64,000 bases of DNA. Origin: a virus (Duplodnaviria; Caudoviricetes). This document shows, one piece after another, positions 1 through 9,984 of this stretch. Both the position numbers and the translations under genes were made by a program. How positions within the stretch are numbered: the stretch's first letter is position 1; every line of letters starts with the position of its first letter. The notes below the pieces were generated by a model. The model was not told the DNA's origin, did no database searches, and was given only the letters and a program-made list of their open reading frames with translations. The DNA is taken from IMG/VR virus record IMGVR_UViG_3300042885_001472; one strand, 5' to 3'.

Positions 1-2
1 AT

Positions 3-710
3 AATTGGGTTTCTAACGATATCTTCAGCGTTTCTAAGTTCTACAACACCAAAACCTTTCTTACCATTAAACTTTTCAATAACAACTTCTAACGAACTCT
101 CTCTTTTATTCTTAATGTCTTTTTGTTTAACATCACCAAGAATAATCATTTTAGAATTTTCACCAATCCTTGTCATTAATGTTCTCATATTATCTAAACT
201 AATATTTTGAGCTTCATCAATAATGATAATTGAATTATCAATACTTCTACCCCTAACATAAGCTATAGGTTTTATTTGGATAAACCCCATTTCTCTTAAT
301 CTATTAGTTATAGGTTCACCAATAATTTTATTAAAATTATCTAAGAATGAATCCATAAATGGTTCCATCTTCTCATCCATTGTACCTTTTAAAAAACCTA
401 TATCTTCATCTTTAAGTGTGGTTACAGATTTAACCAAAATTATTTTTTTAAAGTTAAGATCAGGATTTTTTAATAACTTTAAAGCTTCCGCACAAGCTAA
501 AAATGTTTTACCAGTCCCAGGAAACCCAGAAGCTATAATAATTTCATTCTTATTAATCGCGTCAACTAATTTTTTTTGATTTTCGGTTTTTGGTATTACA
601 TTTATTTTAATACCATTAAATGGATTAGTGAAATTTAATCTTCTATTAGATTTATATTCTTCCACATCATCGTGATTATCTTGAGTTAATTTCTTAGTTT
701 TTCTAGTCAT
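3..710 (-). CDS. phoH: PhoH-family ATPase (3' end runs off the window; not in the ORF track)
   Basis: Manual translation from ATG at 710: MTRKTKK...KTENQKKLVDAI...ASGFPGTGKTFLA (Walker A)...AYVRGRSIDNSIIIIDEAQN (Walker B)...MILGDVKQKD...DIVRNPI. Confidence 0.95.
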   Translation of the reverse strand, partial: MTRKTKKLTQDNHDDVEEYKSNRRLNFTNPFNGIKINVIPKTENQKKLVDAINKNEIIIASGFPGTGKTFLACAEALKLLKNPDLNFKKIILVKSVTTLKDEDIGFLKGTMDEKMEPFMDSFLDNFNKIIGEPITNRLREMGFIQIKPIAYVRGRSIDNSIIIIDEAQNISLDNMRTLMTRIGENSKMIILGDVKQKDIKNKRESSLEVVIEKFNGKKGFGVVELRNAEDIVRNPI

Positions 711-718
711 ATTTATTT

Positions 719-1606
719 TTAGTAGGTTTTAATTATTTCTAAAAGAGTTTTAGATCTTTCAAAGTATGTATGGTTTTGATTTGATCTATTATAACCCGCC
801 AACTCTATTTTTTTTCTTTCGGTTTCATTATTTAAATAATATTTAACTTTTTCATCTAAATCATTAAAATTTTCATAGACAACAATTTCTTCACCTATTT
901 TAAATAATTTTTCTAATCCTAGTGTGTAATTTGTTAAAAGTAATGTTTTACATCCAGTTGTCTCAAAAGTCCTATAATTAATATCATTAGATATGTTTCT
1001 ATTGAAATGTATTTTATATGAATTAATTGATTTAACCATATCATCACCAATAACAAATAAATCTTTTTTAATACCAAATTTATCTAAATGGTGTACATAA
1101 TTACTTCTATTTAAAAGATTACCACAAAATCCGATATCAATAGTTTTATCTATTTCCATAGGAAAAATTAGATCGTCTGGATACGCATTAGGAAACCAAT
1201 AAGATTTTTTAACTAGATTATTAAAATAAGGTATATACGATTCAGTAGAATTTAACAATATATTAATATCTAACATCGTACAAAGTTTTTGGTGTTGGGA
1301 TAATACACAATGACTATCTATACTCCAATATATTTTTAATTTTTTACTCTCTCTTATTTCTTTTACTGGTAACCATTCTGGTGTATAATTCTCAATAACA
1401 AAAATAACATCCGCCCATTCTTCTATTTCTGTGAATGGGGTGGAGAAGTTTGGGTAATTTAAACCCCAAACAATTGCTTCAACACCATCATTTTTTAATA
1501 ACGCTCTTTGTAGATTTAAAGATTCGCGATAATTTTTATTCGCTTCGTGTCTACCACACTCTTGTATTATAACTATTTTCATATTATCCAATATCCTGTT
1601 TTCCAA
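719..1606 (-). CDS. Glycosyltransferase, GT-B/CgeB-like
   Basis: C-terminal KIHFNRNISNDINYRTFETTGCKTLLLT...GEEIVVYENFNDLDEKVKYYLNNETERKKIELAGY is the CgeB/Glyco_trans_1_2 signature. Confidence 0.85.
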   Translation of the reverse strand: MENRILDNMKIVIIQECGRHEANKNYRESLNLQRALLKNDGVEAIVWGLNYPNFSTPFTEIEEWADVIFVIENYTPEWLPVKEIRESKKLKIYWSIDSHCVLSQHQKLCTMLDINILLNSTESYIPYFNNLVKKSYWFPNAYPDDLIFPMEIDKTIDIGFCGNLLNRSNYVHHLDKFGIKKDLFVIGDDMVKSINSYKIHFNRNISNDINYRTFETTGCKTLLLTNYTLGLEKLFKIGEEIVVYENFNDLDEKVKYYLNNETERKKIELAGYNRSNQNHTYFERSKTLLEIIKTY

Positions 1607-2112
1607 TCTTTATGACCATCTTGTTGAAAAATTTCACATTTTTTTTCATTTAAAAGTACATCACTTAACGGCCAATTTTCTAAGTTAACTGTACCTTGTT
1701 TATAGTTATCAATAATTAATATTCCACCATCTTTTAATGATTCTATTGATTGTTTTGTACATTCATCTCTCCATTCAACTGGTTCTCCATCAATGATTAT
1801 ACAATCAAATTTTTCTTCTGAGGTGAATTTTGATGGATACGATATAAATTCATTCTTATCCGTTGTAAAGTGTGACGTACATTTATTAGCCCAATCGCGA
1901 TTAGTATCAATAGAAATTACCTCTCTAACATTTTGCCTCCACCAAAAAGTAGAGTCTCCACATCCATATTCAAAAACTTTCCAGTTCTTAATATCCCAAC
2001 TACATAATTTTTCTAAAAATGGTCTTGTATACCAAGGAAAAATTGAATTAGTTCTTGGGTCTACCATCCTACCACCCACTAATGGTTTTATTTTATTAAA
2101 ATCTATTTCCAT
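1579..2112 (-). CDS. Class I SAM-dependent methyltransferase-like protein
   Basis: VFEYGCGDST (motif I), VISIDT, FDCIIIDG, SLKDGGILIIDN. Confidence 0.8.
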   Translation of the reverse strand: MEIDFNKIKPLVGGRMVDPRTNSIFPWYTRPFLEKLCSWDIKNWKVFEYGCGDSTFWWRQNVREVISIDTNRDWANKCTSHFTTDKNEFISYPSKFTSEEKFDCIIIDGEPVEWRDECTKQSIESLKDGGILIIDNYKQGTVNLENWPLSDVLLNEKKCEIFQQDGHKDWKTGYWII

Positions 2113-2183
2113 TATCTATTAATTATTTGTTTAGTGAATTTTGACTTTTTAATTCAATGATAAAAATAAGAATGATAGAACCC

Positions 2184-2678
2184 TCATTCATTATTTAAAT
2201 GATTAAAAAGTTCAATGTTATTAGTCCATAATGTAGTCCAATTTTTATGGGTTTTAAAATCAATTTTCTTATAATCATTACTAGTTCTAACTCTATTCCA
2301 TCCATAACCACCTTCTTCAGTATCATGTGCAATAATAACTGGACAATTTTTATCCATCATAAAATTAATACATTCTGGTCTAGAATCTCCGTGCCCATCA
2401 ACAAATGAAAAATCTATTTTTTCTGGATAAGATAGTTCTAAAAATTTTTTTGGACCAATACTACAAAAGTATGTCCAATTTTTGTTTTCATTAAATTTAA
2501 TAACAACTTGATTAAACCATTGTTCAGATTGCATTTCAATTGACATTAATTGTTCTGAATTTTTGATTAAAAAATCTGTTGAATAGTTTCCAGTACCAAA
2601 CTCCACTGAGTTTTTTGGTTTTCCAATAAAATTAATAATTTTATCTAAGTGTTCTAAATGTGTTGAATATAAATCCAT
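2184..2678 (-). CDS. Class I SAM-dependent methyltransferase-like protein
   Basis: SVEFGTGNYST, LMSIE, IDFSFVDGH, IIAHDT. Confidence 0.7.
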   Translation of the reverse strand: MDLYSTHLEHLDKIINFIGKPKNSVEFGTGNYSTDFLIKNSEQLMSIEMQSEQWFNQVVIKFNENKNWTYFCSIGPKKFLELSYPEKIDFSFVDGHGDSRPECINFMMDKNCPVIIAHDTEEGGYGWNRVRTSNDYKKIDFKTHKNWTTLWTNNIELFNHLNNE

Positions 2679-2679
2679 T

Positions 2680-3372
2680 TTATTTTAGTAATTTTTCTAT
2701 TTCTTTTTTATTTTTTTGGTACGGCCTTAATAAATGTGAATCTATATAAAAACCAGAATTTAATTTATTAATATCGTAAACCCATTTACCTCTATCAATT
2801 CTTCTTGAAAAATCTCTTGTCTTTATTATAAGATTTTCTTTGAATAATTGAAGTCTATCGTACATAAAATTTTCATCAACATTCCATTTTTCACCATAAA
2901 TAGAAAATAACATTTTACAATATTCTTCAAATGACATATTTTCAATGTTTAAATATTTTTTAAAGTTTGATGAGTGTGATAAAACATAACACATTGGGTA
3001 ATATGGTACATCACCATATGGTTGACCAGAATATAATATCATATTAGTTTCAGTCAATTCTTTTAAATGTTCATTAAAATAATTAGCATTTAAAGGTAAC
3101 ATATCAATATCTGAAGTTAGTAAGTTACCATCAATAAAATTAGCCACAAATAATCTAACTACTTGTGATTGGAATCCTGTAGATACAAAATTTAATGATT
3201 TAATTTTATGGATAATCCCACGCTCAGTTTCAATGATTTCATCTTTATCTGTCACATTAATATAATAAGTTTTAAAACCTAAATCAAACCATTTTTTACT
3301 AACTATCTCATAAAAATCTTTATATAGTGGATTATCGTCAGATGAGATAATTACATAATCAATTTTTTTCAT
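2680..3372 (-). CDS. Putative GT-A-fold glycosyltransferase-like protein
   Basis: DxD motif LLTSDIDMLP, PMCY, C-terminal IDSHLLRP; lies inside the glycosylation cluster. Confidence 0.55.
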   Translation of the reverse strand: MKKIDYVIISSDDNPLYKDFYEIVSKKWFDLGFKTYYINVTDKDEIIETERGIIHKIKSLNFVSTGFQSQVVRLFVANFIDGNLLTSDIDMLPLNANYFNEHLKELTETNMILYSGQPYGDVPYYPMCYVLSHSSNFKKYLNIENMSFEEYCKMLFSIYGEKWNVDENFMYDRLQLFKENLIIKTRDFSRRIDRGKWVYDINKLNSGFYIDSHLLRPYQKNKKEIEKLLK

Positions 3373-4010
3373 TATTTATCAAAATTTTTATTTATCCAAA
3401 CTTCATTGATTCCTATTTCTGAATCAAATTCAAATCCATTTAGTGATAAAATTTTTCTACACTCTTCATCTTTTGTTGGATTATATTTATCCATCTCTAT
3501 TAAAACTATGTGTACTGGTATTTTCCAATCAAATGTTTTTAGTACTTCTAACTCCCCACCTTCAACATCTATAGAAAATAGATCTACTTTTTTAATATTT
3601 AAATTTTCTAAAATTTTATTCATAGGTTTTGATTCTACCACATAACTAGGCGTTTTATCTAACCCCCAACCTTTAATATGTTTTTCGTGCATAGAATTTT
3701 TAATACCACCCAAAGCACCATTACCTAAAAATTCAATATTACCTTCAGTTTCAGATACAGCGTAATTAAAATTATAACATTTTGGTCTATTTCTAATTAA
3801 TTGACTGAATTGTGATGTCGGTTCAATAATTACGCCACCCCAATTTAAATGTCTTTCAAAAAATAAAGTATTTGAATATGTTATTCCATCCATACCACCT
3901 AATTCAATAAAAAAACCATTATGGTAATTTAAATACTTTTCGTATAATATTTTGTCTTCTTGTTGTTGACTATAAAACATAGTTATTATTTTTATTTTAT
4001 ATATTTCCAA
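3372..4010 (-). CDS. FkbM-family methyltransferase (likely true start ATG 3980)
   Basis: FYSQQQED, FFIELGGMDGITYSNT, GVIIEP, NYAVS, VDLFSIDVEGGELEVL. Confidence 0.9.
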   Translation of the reverse strand: MEIYKIKIITMFYSQQQEDKILYEKYLNYHNGFFIELGGMDGITYSNTLFFERHLNWGGVIIEPTSQFSQLIRNRPKCYNFNYAVSETEGNIEFLGNGALGGIKNSMHEKHIKGWGLDKTPSYVVESKPMNKILENLNIKKVDLFSIDVEGGELEVLKTFDWKIPVHIVLIEMDKYNPTKDEECRKILSLNGFEFDSEIGINEVWINKNFDK

Positions 4011-4654
4011 TATTGTGGGTGTCTATTTTCATTATGATCAAATACATCACCGACAAATTCTTTATTTTTTCTTTCCAAAGGAAATGGTTTTTTATCTAAA
4101 TTATAATTATGAAATTCATCATGAATTATTGAATTATCTTTAACTATAGGGTAAATTATTCTAGCTAAAAAATTTTGATCTACCTGCCAAAATTCTCCTT
4201 TAACAAATTCATCAATGAGCTTTTTCATCTCAAGTAAAACACCTTTTTTAACACCCCACATACCCCCTAATATTTCTGTACCATGCCAAGGATGATCTCT
4301 CATAATATGAAATCCTTTATCTGATTCCATCCATTCATCAACCGCAGATTTTTCTCTCATACTTAACCTTGAATCACAATCTCTGGAAATCATAACATCA
4401 ACATTATCTTCAGACGCGGGGTAAAATCTCCAAAACATTCCAGACCAATTACCTTCTTCAGGCATTTCTACAATCTCTACATTTTTAAAGATTTTGAGGG
4501 TATCTATAATATCTTTTGGAACTGATTGTCCGATGTAATATCTACATATCCAACCAGGATATGTTTTTTCGGCAATAACCGCATTTTTTAAAGCACCTAA
4601 AGTATATTTTGGGTTATCCCCCCAAAGAGAAAATGTTATTAATTTTTTACCCAT
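3992..4654 (-). CDS. Conserved viral glycosyltransferase-like protein
   Basis: KLITFSLWG..PKYTLGA, GMFWRF, VMISRDCDSR (DxD), FHIMRDHPWH, ILGGMWG, DQNFL. Confidence 0.6.
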   Translation of the reverse strand: MGKKLITFSLWGDNPKYTLGALKNAVIAEKTYPGWICRYYIGQSVPKDIIDTLKIFKNVEIVEMPEEGNWSGMFWRFYPASEDNVDVMISRDCDSRLSMREKSAVDEWMESDKGFHIMRDHPWHGTEILGGMWGVKKGVLLEMKKLIDEFVKGEFWQVDQNFLARIIYPIVKDNSIIHDEFHNYNLDKKPFPLERKNKEFVGDVFDHNENRHPQYWKYIK

Positions 4655-5339
4655 TTAAATCAAAGTTTTTTTTATGTCTTTTATGGTAAACTATTTCATC
4701 GGACTTCATTAAAGAATCGTTTCTCATATATAATTGATCATATCTTTCACGATTATTACCTATAGAAAAATGTCTGTGTTCTATTATAACTACATCAAAA
4801 TACTTTTGTTTACCTAATCTATTGGCCACATCAGTAAATTCATTATCACAATATAATGATTTGTAATCTGGGTGATAAATATAATTAAATCTATCATAAT
4901 ATTTTTTACCTAATATACATAAAGTGTTAATTCTATTTTTTTGGAATCCATCATTAAACCAAGTTACACCATCAAAATCCGGATAATGTTCATTAAATTT
5001 ATTTCTAATAATATCATCAAACCCTAAACATACTGGTACCATATCATCCGACAATAGTACAATTATGTCCCACTCTTTTTTGAAATCATTTAAGTCCCTA
5101 TTTACAGCGTCAATTTTTGATTCACTTTTACCAAAAAAGTAATTCATATTTGGGTATGATTTTAACTTTTCTATAACAGTTTCATTATTCATAGTTATAT
5201 CATCTTCATCTAATGTTAAAAGAAATGAAAAATTTTCTTTATCATTTAGATTAGTTATTGTCGCGTCTAAAACTTCAAAAACCCTATTAGGTCTAGTTCT
5301 TGATGGTAATTTAAAAAGTATTTTACTATTTGTTTCCAT
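4647..5339 (-). CDS. GT2-like glycosyltransferase
   Basis: LFKLPSRTRP, KIDAVNRD, DIIVLLSDDM, YKSLYCDNEF, IIEHRH. Confidence 0.75.
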   Translation of the reverse strand: METNSKILFKLPSRTRPNRVFEVLDATITNLNDKENFSFLLTLDEDDITMNNETVIEKLKSYPNMNYFFGKSESKIDAVNRDLNDFKKEWDIIVLLSDDMVPVCLGFDDIIRNKFNEHYPDFDGVTWFNDGFQKNRINTLCILGKKYYDRFNYIYHPDYKSLYCDNEFTDVANRLGKQKYFDVVIIEHRHFSIGNNRERYDQLYMRNDSLMKSDEIVYHKRHKKNFDLNG

Positions 5340-6869
5340 TTATCCTCTATTATTATATAATATTTGTAATTGTGATTGTACAGTTTTTTGATCAACTACC
5401 GGTGTTTCTGTTGGATACATACCATGTTTTCTCTTGTAGTATTCAGAACCACTTTTAAAGTTTTTAGTCCATTCTTCACTTCTCGCGATTGTACTATTCT
5501 CTATAGATCCTGGAATTTCTGTTAAATAATCCCAACTTCTATCAATGTCAGCGAAGTACCAAAAACTTGGATGGAATCCTTTTTTATGTGTTTCAAATGT
5601 ATGGTCAACATGTTCCCAAGCGTTTTTAAAATGTGGATCAAATAACCCAGTTTTTTCAATAACCTTTCTATGATAATATGAAAACGCACCTACTGAATTT
5701 GGGTATAAAACGATTTTAACATTCTCCTCATAACCAACAACCATTCTTGGATTAGGATCGCCAGTATTATTAAGTTTAGCTCTTTCTTCTAATGTTGAAA
5801 AACCTCCAGAATTCTTTTTATTGGCCGGACCATGTAAAGCGAAATTTAAATGTTTAACACCACTAATTAAAGAGTGTTTAATATATTCTTCAAAAACATT
5901 TTCATCTTTAATTAAAATATCATCTTCAATAATAAAGATATGTTCACAACCCTTATCCATTAACCACTGAATTGCGTCACTTTTTGATTTACCAACACAT
6001 TCATTTGTTTTATGTTGTATGATAGTAGCTTGTTTAGGATATGATCCCTCATTATAAGGTGTACCATCATTAACTATCACAAAATTTTCTACCCACTCTG
6101 GCACTTTAAACGCACTTTCTTTTATTCTATGTTCAGCGTTATATGTTACCATACCAACACCAATACTAGTTCTATCAAATTTTAATTTTTCTTCAAAAGT
6201 TTTATTTTTAGTTAATCTTACCGGTAACTTATCTTTATACTTTTCCTCAAATTGTTTTTTATTTTCTTCCCACTGATCATTAGTCATACCGATAGAAAGA
6301 TGTGTAACTTTGATATCTGTTACAACACCAACTTTAACACCTAACAAATAATTTGGAAATGAGAAAGAAATGTCATAAAAATGGAATCCTTTAAAATCTT
6401 CATCAAAGTTATGTTTTAATTTATCTTTTTGTACAGCGAAGAATAATCCATCTATTACAACCACATCTTTAATCTTTTCATTTTGATCGTCACTGTACTT
6501 ATTAGTCCATTTCTTACCATCATGTTTATGATTAACAATTCCGGTCATAGATTCTTTAAGAGTCCACCATCTACCATCTAATAGATCAGTAGTACCAGCG
6601 ATACCAATAATACCATACTCTGGATCTTTCTTAAAGTGTTTTAATACTTTTTTACCCCAATTATTAGTATCCCATAAAACATCATCGTGAGTAAAAACCA
6701 CAACGTTATGTTTGGCCATCTGTAAACCTTCATTATAAACTTGTGTTAAAGATTTCTCACCATTATTTATGAATTCTAAAATTTCAACATTAATAAGACC
6801 AATGTTTTTTTGAATTTCTTTTTGGAACTCTGGTTTATGTTCCCTTGTACTATAAACTATTGTAATCAT
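5340..6869 (-). CDS. Two-domain GT2 glycosyltransferase
   Basis: Domain 1: VVFTHDD, VIDGLFFA, FHFYDI. Domain 2: VGMVTYN, VIVNDG, IFIIEDD, WEHVD. Confidence 0.85.
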   Translation of the reverse strand: MITIVYSTREHKPEFQKEIQKNIGLINVEILEFINNGEKSLTQVYNEGLQMAKHNVVVFTHDDVLWDTNNWGKKVLKHFKKDPEYGIIGIAGTTDLLDGRWWTLKESMTGIVNHKHDGKKWTNKYSDDQNEKIKDVVVIDGLFFAVQKDKLKHNFDEDFKGFHFYDISFSFPNYLLGVKVGVVTDIKVTHLSIGMTNDQWEENKKQFEEKYKDKLPVRLTKNKTFEEKLKFDRTSIGVGMVTYNAEHRIKESAFKVPEWVENFVIVNDGTPYNEGSYPKQATIIQHKTNECVGKSKSDAIQWLMDKGCEHIFIIEDDILIKDENVFEEYIKHSLISGVKHLNFALHGPANKKNSGGFSTLEERAKLNNTGDPNPRMVVGYEENVKIVLYPNSVGAFSYYHRKVIEKTGLFDPHFKNAWEHVDHTFETHKKGFHPSFWYFADIDRSWDYLTEIPGSIENSTIARSEEWTKNFKSGSEYYKRKHGMYPTETPVVDQKTVQSQLQILYNNRG

Positions 6870-7026
6870 TCGTTTTTGATATATTAAAAATTTTTAAAAA
6901 TGTTTCCGGTTTTAATTCTTTTTGTTTACTAAAAAATAGTATAGCTTCTTCCTCATTATCACAAGTATAATAACTTATAACTTCTTTTTCAAGATTATTT
7001 TTAAAATAAAAAAAATATTTTTCCAT
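6850..7026 (-). CDS. Small hypothetical protein, 58 aa (not in the ORF track)
   Basis: MEKYFFYFKNNLEKEVISYYTCDNEEEAILFFSKQKELKPETFLKIFNISKTNDYNSL; fills the gap, TAATG overlap with the dut stop. Confidence 0.65.
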   Translation of the reverse strand: MEKYFFYFKNNLEKEVISYYTCDNEEEAILFFSKQKELKPETFLKIFNISKTNDYNSL

Positions 7027-7670
7027 TATTTAACACCGGTACTTCCAAATTTACCATCACCTCTTTCGGATTCTGATAAAGTAAATTTCTTATAAAGATT
7101 TACAGTATTATTTGTCGCTACTGAACTAATAACACCTTGGGCGATTCTATCACCATTTTCAATAACAAAATTATTTTTAGAATGGTTAATTAATATTACT
7201 TGTATTTCACCACGATAACCAGAATCTACTGTACCAGGTGAATTTAATACCGTAACACCATAATTCATAGATAAACCACTTCTAGGTCTTACTTGTAACT
7301 CATAACCTTCAGGAATTTCAAAGTGTAATCCGGTTGGTATAGCTTTCCATTCACCAGGTTTTAAAGTTTCGGTATCTTCTAATAAATTAGCCCTTAAATC
7401 AAAACCAGAATCACCTTTATGTGAATACTTTGGATCTTCATTTTTAGATTTATTAATGAAATTAATATCAACTTTAAAGTTACTAAATTGATTCATTAAT
7501 TCATCAATATTTTTTTTAATAATATTTTCACTCTGTTCAATAGACGCTTTAATATCGTCATCATCAAATAAAGAATCTATAGTACCACCTAACAACCCTT
7601 TTATTTGTTCAATTGATAAATCATTATCATCTATAATATCTTCTGAATCCATTTTATCTATTTTTTTCAT
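7026..7670 (-). CDS. dut: Trimeric dUTPase with acidic N-terminal extension
   Basis: SGFDLRA, QVRPRSGL, NSPGTVDSGYRGEI, GDRIAQ, ERGDGKFGSTG. Confidence 0.97.
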   Translation of the reverse strand: MKKIDKMDSEDIIDDNDLSIEQIKGLLGGTIDSLFDDDDIKASIEQSENIIKKNIDELMNQFSNFKVDINFINKSKNEDPKYSHKGDSGFDLRANLLEDTETLKPGEWKAIPTGLHFEIPEGYELQVRPRSGLSMNYGVTVLNSPGTVDSGYRGEIQVILINHSKNNFVIENGDRIAQGVISSVATNNTVNLYKKFTLSESERGDGKFGSTGVK

Positions 7671-8886
7671 TTATTAATTTTAAGTATAAATCTTTTCTTT
7701 TTTCAGTCACCACATTTATATGATATCTTTCATTAACTGTTTTAAATAATGACTCACCTAATTCTTTAATTTTTTCCGGTTCATTAATTAACCACTTAAT
7801 TGATTTATACCAATCCTTATGATTTTTAACACTATCAACAAGTATTCCATTACCCTCACCAAATCCATTTTCAGAATGATTAGCGTGTTGAATATCAATT
7901 TTATATGGTCCGTAATTTTGTGCGATAATAGCTTTTTTATGGAAACCAGATTCAACAACTTTTAATTGACTTTTAACTTTATTAAAAATGTTTTCTTCAA
8001 TTGGAGCTAATGATATATCAAATAAATTGTAATTGGTGGCGTAACTACTAATTGGTTTTGTCCAAACCCTTCTATAAGGTTCATTTGTAGTATCAAACTC
8101 CTCATCCTTAGTATATCTTAATAAGTATTCTAAATATTTAGGACTAACTGATTTATATTTATTAGTAAAAATTTCTTCATACCTACACCATACAGATTCT
8201 TCCGGTTTAATTGGTCGTTGTGTTTGTTCACCAGTTTTCTGATCAATCATAGTAACAGTACCTCTAGTATCAAACCCACATAAAACGAATTGTATTTTAT
8301 CCATTAACCCATCAGATTGTAATTTAGAAACTAAACCATTTAATAGACTTAAATCGTGGAAATGTGAAGAACCACCTAACCAACCAATTCTAATTCTTTC
8401 ACTTGGTTCTGGGTTAGATTGATATTGTTTTTCTCTAGGATCAATTGCGTTTTCAAGTACAAAAACATTTTTATTATGTTTTCTAATTTCATCCGCGAAT
8501 AATGATGTTGTTGTTATAACGTTTTTAGCTACTTTAATATTATTAAGTATCATCTTATCAATACCCTTTGATTTAATCAAACTATAAGATGGATGATGTG
8601 GACCAGGCTCCCAATAATCATCAAGATCCATAACAGTAACAATACCTAAGTTATCTAATTTTTCTAAAGTTTCTTTAGTTTTAGTATAATCTCCTATAGC
8701 TCTATGGTAATGAATTAAATCATATTGTTTTAAATATTCAACATCATCTAAATTTGGATTATAGTCAATATCCACATGAAATATATCTGAATACATTTCT
8801 TGTAAATGAATGTGTGGTTTTGTGGATCTATAATACCCTACTCCGGTACGATCTGATGGGACTACTAAAATCTTACTTTTCTTCAT
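7654..8886 (-). CDS. GT-B (GT4-like) glycosyltransferase
   Basis: GVGYYR, VMDLDDYW, IGWLGGSSHFHDL, DISLAP...FNKVKSQLKVVE. Confidence 0.85.
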   Translation of the reverse strand: MKKSKILVVPSDRTGVGYYRSTKPHIHLQEMYSDIFHVDIDYNPNLDDVEYLKQYDLIHYHRAIGDYTKTKETLEKLDNLGIVTVMDLDDYWEPGPHHPSYSLIKSKGIDKMILNNIKVAKNVITTTSLFADEIRKHNKNVFVLENAIDPREKQYQSNPEPSERIRIGWLGGSSHFHDLSLLNGLVSKLQSDGLMDKIQFVLCGFDTRGTVTMIDQKTGEQTQRPIKPEESVWCRYEEIFTNKYKSVSPKYLEYLLRYTKDEEFDTTNEPYRRVWTKPISSYATNYNLFDISLAPIEENIFNKVKSQLKVVESGFHKKAIIAQNYGPYKIDIQHANHSENGFGEGNGILVDSVKNHKDWYKSIKWLINEPEKIKELGESLFKTVNERYHINVVTEKRKDLYLKLINEKNR

Positions 8887-8906
8887 ATTTAACTTTTTAA
8901 TTTTAC

Positions 8907-8918
8907 TAAAATATAGTA
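8907..8918 (-). promoter_or_regulatory. Candidate host-type promoter (TACTATATTTTA) for the glycosylation/dut/phoH operon
   Basis: Same TACTATATTT core as upstream of polB (24132-24142) and of 62871; about 20 nt before ATG 8886. Confidence 0.4.
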
Positions 8919-8981
8919 TTGGTTATAACACTAATAATAAAATTAAAAAGAAATAAATAAAGTCTTAAATAAAAAAAATAA

Positions 8982-9611
8982 TTACTTTTTATTTAATTTT
9001 GAAGGAAGGGGTTTTAAATTACCGGAGAATAATGTATCACCAACTTTAACTTGAATTTGCTCACTGATAACTCTTTTATCAAAATATTCCGTAATAACTT
9101 TAGGTAAGATTTTACTAATCTCTTCTTTAACGATTTGTCTTAAATCACCAGTATCTGAAGAAGTATTTTGTTTCTGTTGTGAAGTCTTTTTATATGATTC
9201 AGTTAATCTACTAACTGGCATCGGTTTTTCTTCATAATCATTATCACCAGAATTAACTTCTTTTATTAAAGCTTCGGAAGCCTCAAATGAATGGAAAGGT
9301 GAATCTGGGATATCAATTCTATTATTTACCATCGCATCCACAATTGATTTTGGCATTTTAGTATTACCAATATTTCTATAACCTTGATTATTACCCATAG
9401 GTTGTGTCCTACTAGGTTGATTACTTGGTGGTGTTTGAACCCAATCATCACCATCACCTTCAGACATTAACCTAGAAGGATCAATATTACCCCTACTAAA
9501 ACTATTATCTTCTACTTTATTCATAATGGCCTTTGAACTTTTTAATAAAGTGGCTAATCGACTTTCTGTTAAATTACTCATATTACTGTCTTTTTCTAAA
9601 TTCTTTTTCAA
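8982..9611 (-). CDS. Hypothetical protein (likely start ATG 9581, MSNLTESRL)
   Basis: ORF co-directional with neighbours; contains L-x-E motifs. Confidence 0.75.
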   Translation of the reverse strand: MKKNLEKDSNMSNLTESRLATLLKSSKAIMNKVEDNSFSRGNIDPSRLMSEGDGDDWVQTPPSNQPSRTQPMGNNQGYRNIGNTKMPKSIVDAMVNNRIDIPDSPFHSFEASEALIKEVNSGDNDYEEKPMPVSRLTESYKKTSQQKQNTSSDTGDLRQIVKEEISKILPKVITEYFDKRVISEQIQVKVGDTLFSGNLKPLPSKLNKK

Positions 9612-9972
9612 AATTTGTTATTTTATACACTGATTCCATAGTATCATCACCGTTAGGGTTAAATTTAGGTCTTGGTACATTAAATCTACCACTTAATTTA
9701 TTAAAATTTAACATCCTATCAACTCTAAATAATTTCCACCCAGGTTGTATTGTCTTAGTATCACCACCTATTTGGTAGACTCTAATAACATGGTTACCAG
9801 CTGTAGATTGACCGTAACAATATACTTCAACCCATCTAGTACCCTTTCCTCCCGGATCTTCATTATCATCGTAATTTAAAGAACATATGTTTCTACCATC
9901 CATGACATCAACAATCTGTTCTTTACTTACAATTTCTAATATAAGACTTTTTAACGATTCGTAAAGTTTCAT
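9583..9972 (-). CDS. Stand-alone WYL-domain-like protein
   Basis: ICSLNY...GTRWVEVYCYG...VIRVYQ...GWKLFRVDRM matches the WYL pattern Y...R.VEP......L.A....RTFRLDRI. Confidence 0.7.
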   Translation of the reverse strand: MKLYESLKSLILEIVSKEQIVDVMDGRNICSLNYDDNEDPGGKGTRWVEVYCYGQSTAGNHVIRVYQIGGDTKTIQPGWKLFRVDRMLNFNKLSGRFNVPRPKFNPNGDDTMESVYKITNFEKEFRKRQ

Positions 9973-9984
9973 TGTAAAAAATTT

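Noticed and set aside
719-8886. Giant eukaryotic virus (NCLDV) or bacterial O-antigen locus origin
   Set aside because: The cluster is contiguous with contractile-tail genes, uses bacterial-style coupled operons, and lacks flippase/polymerase genes
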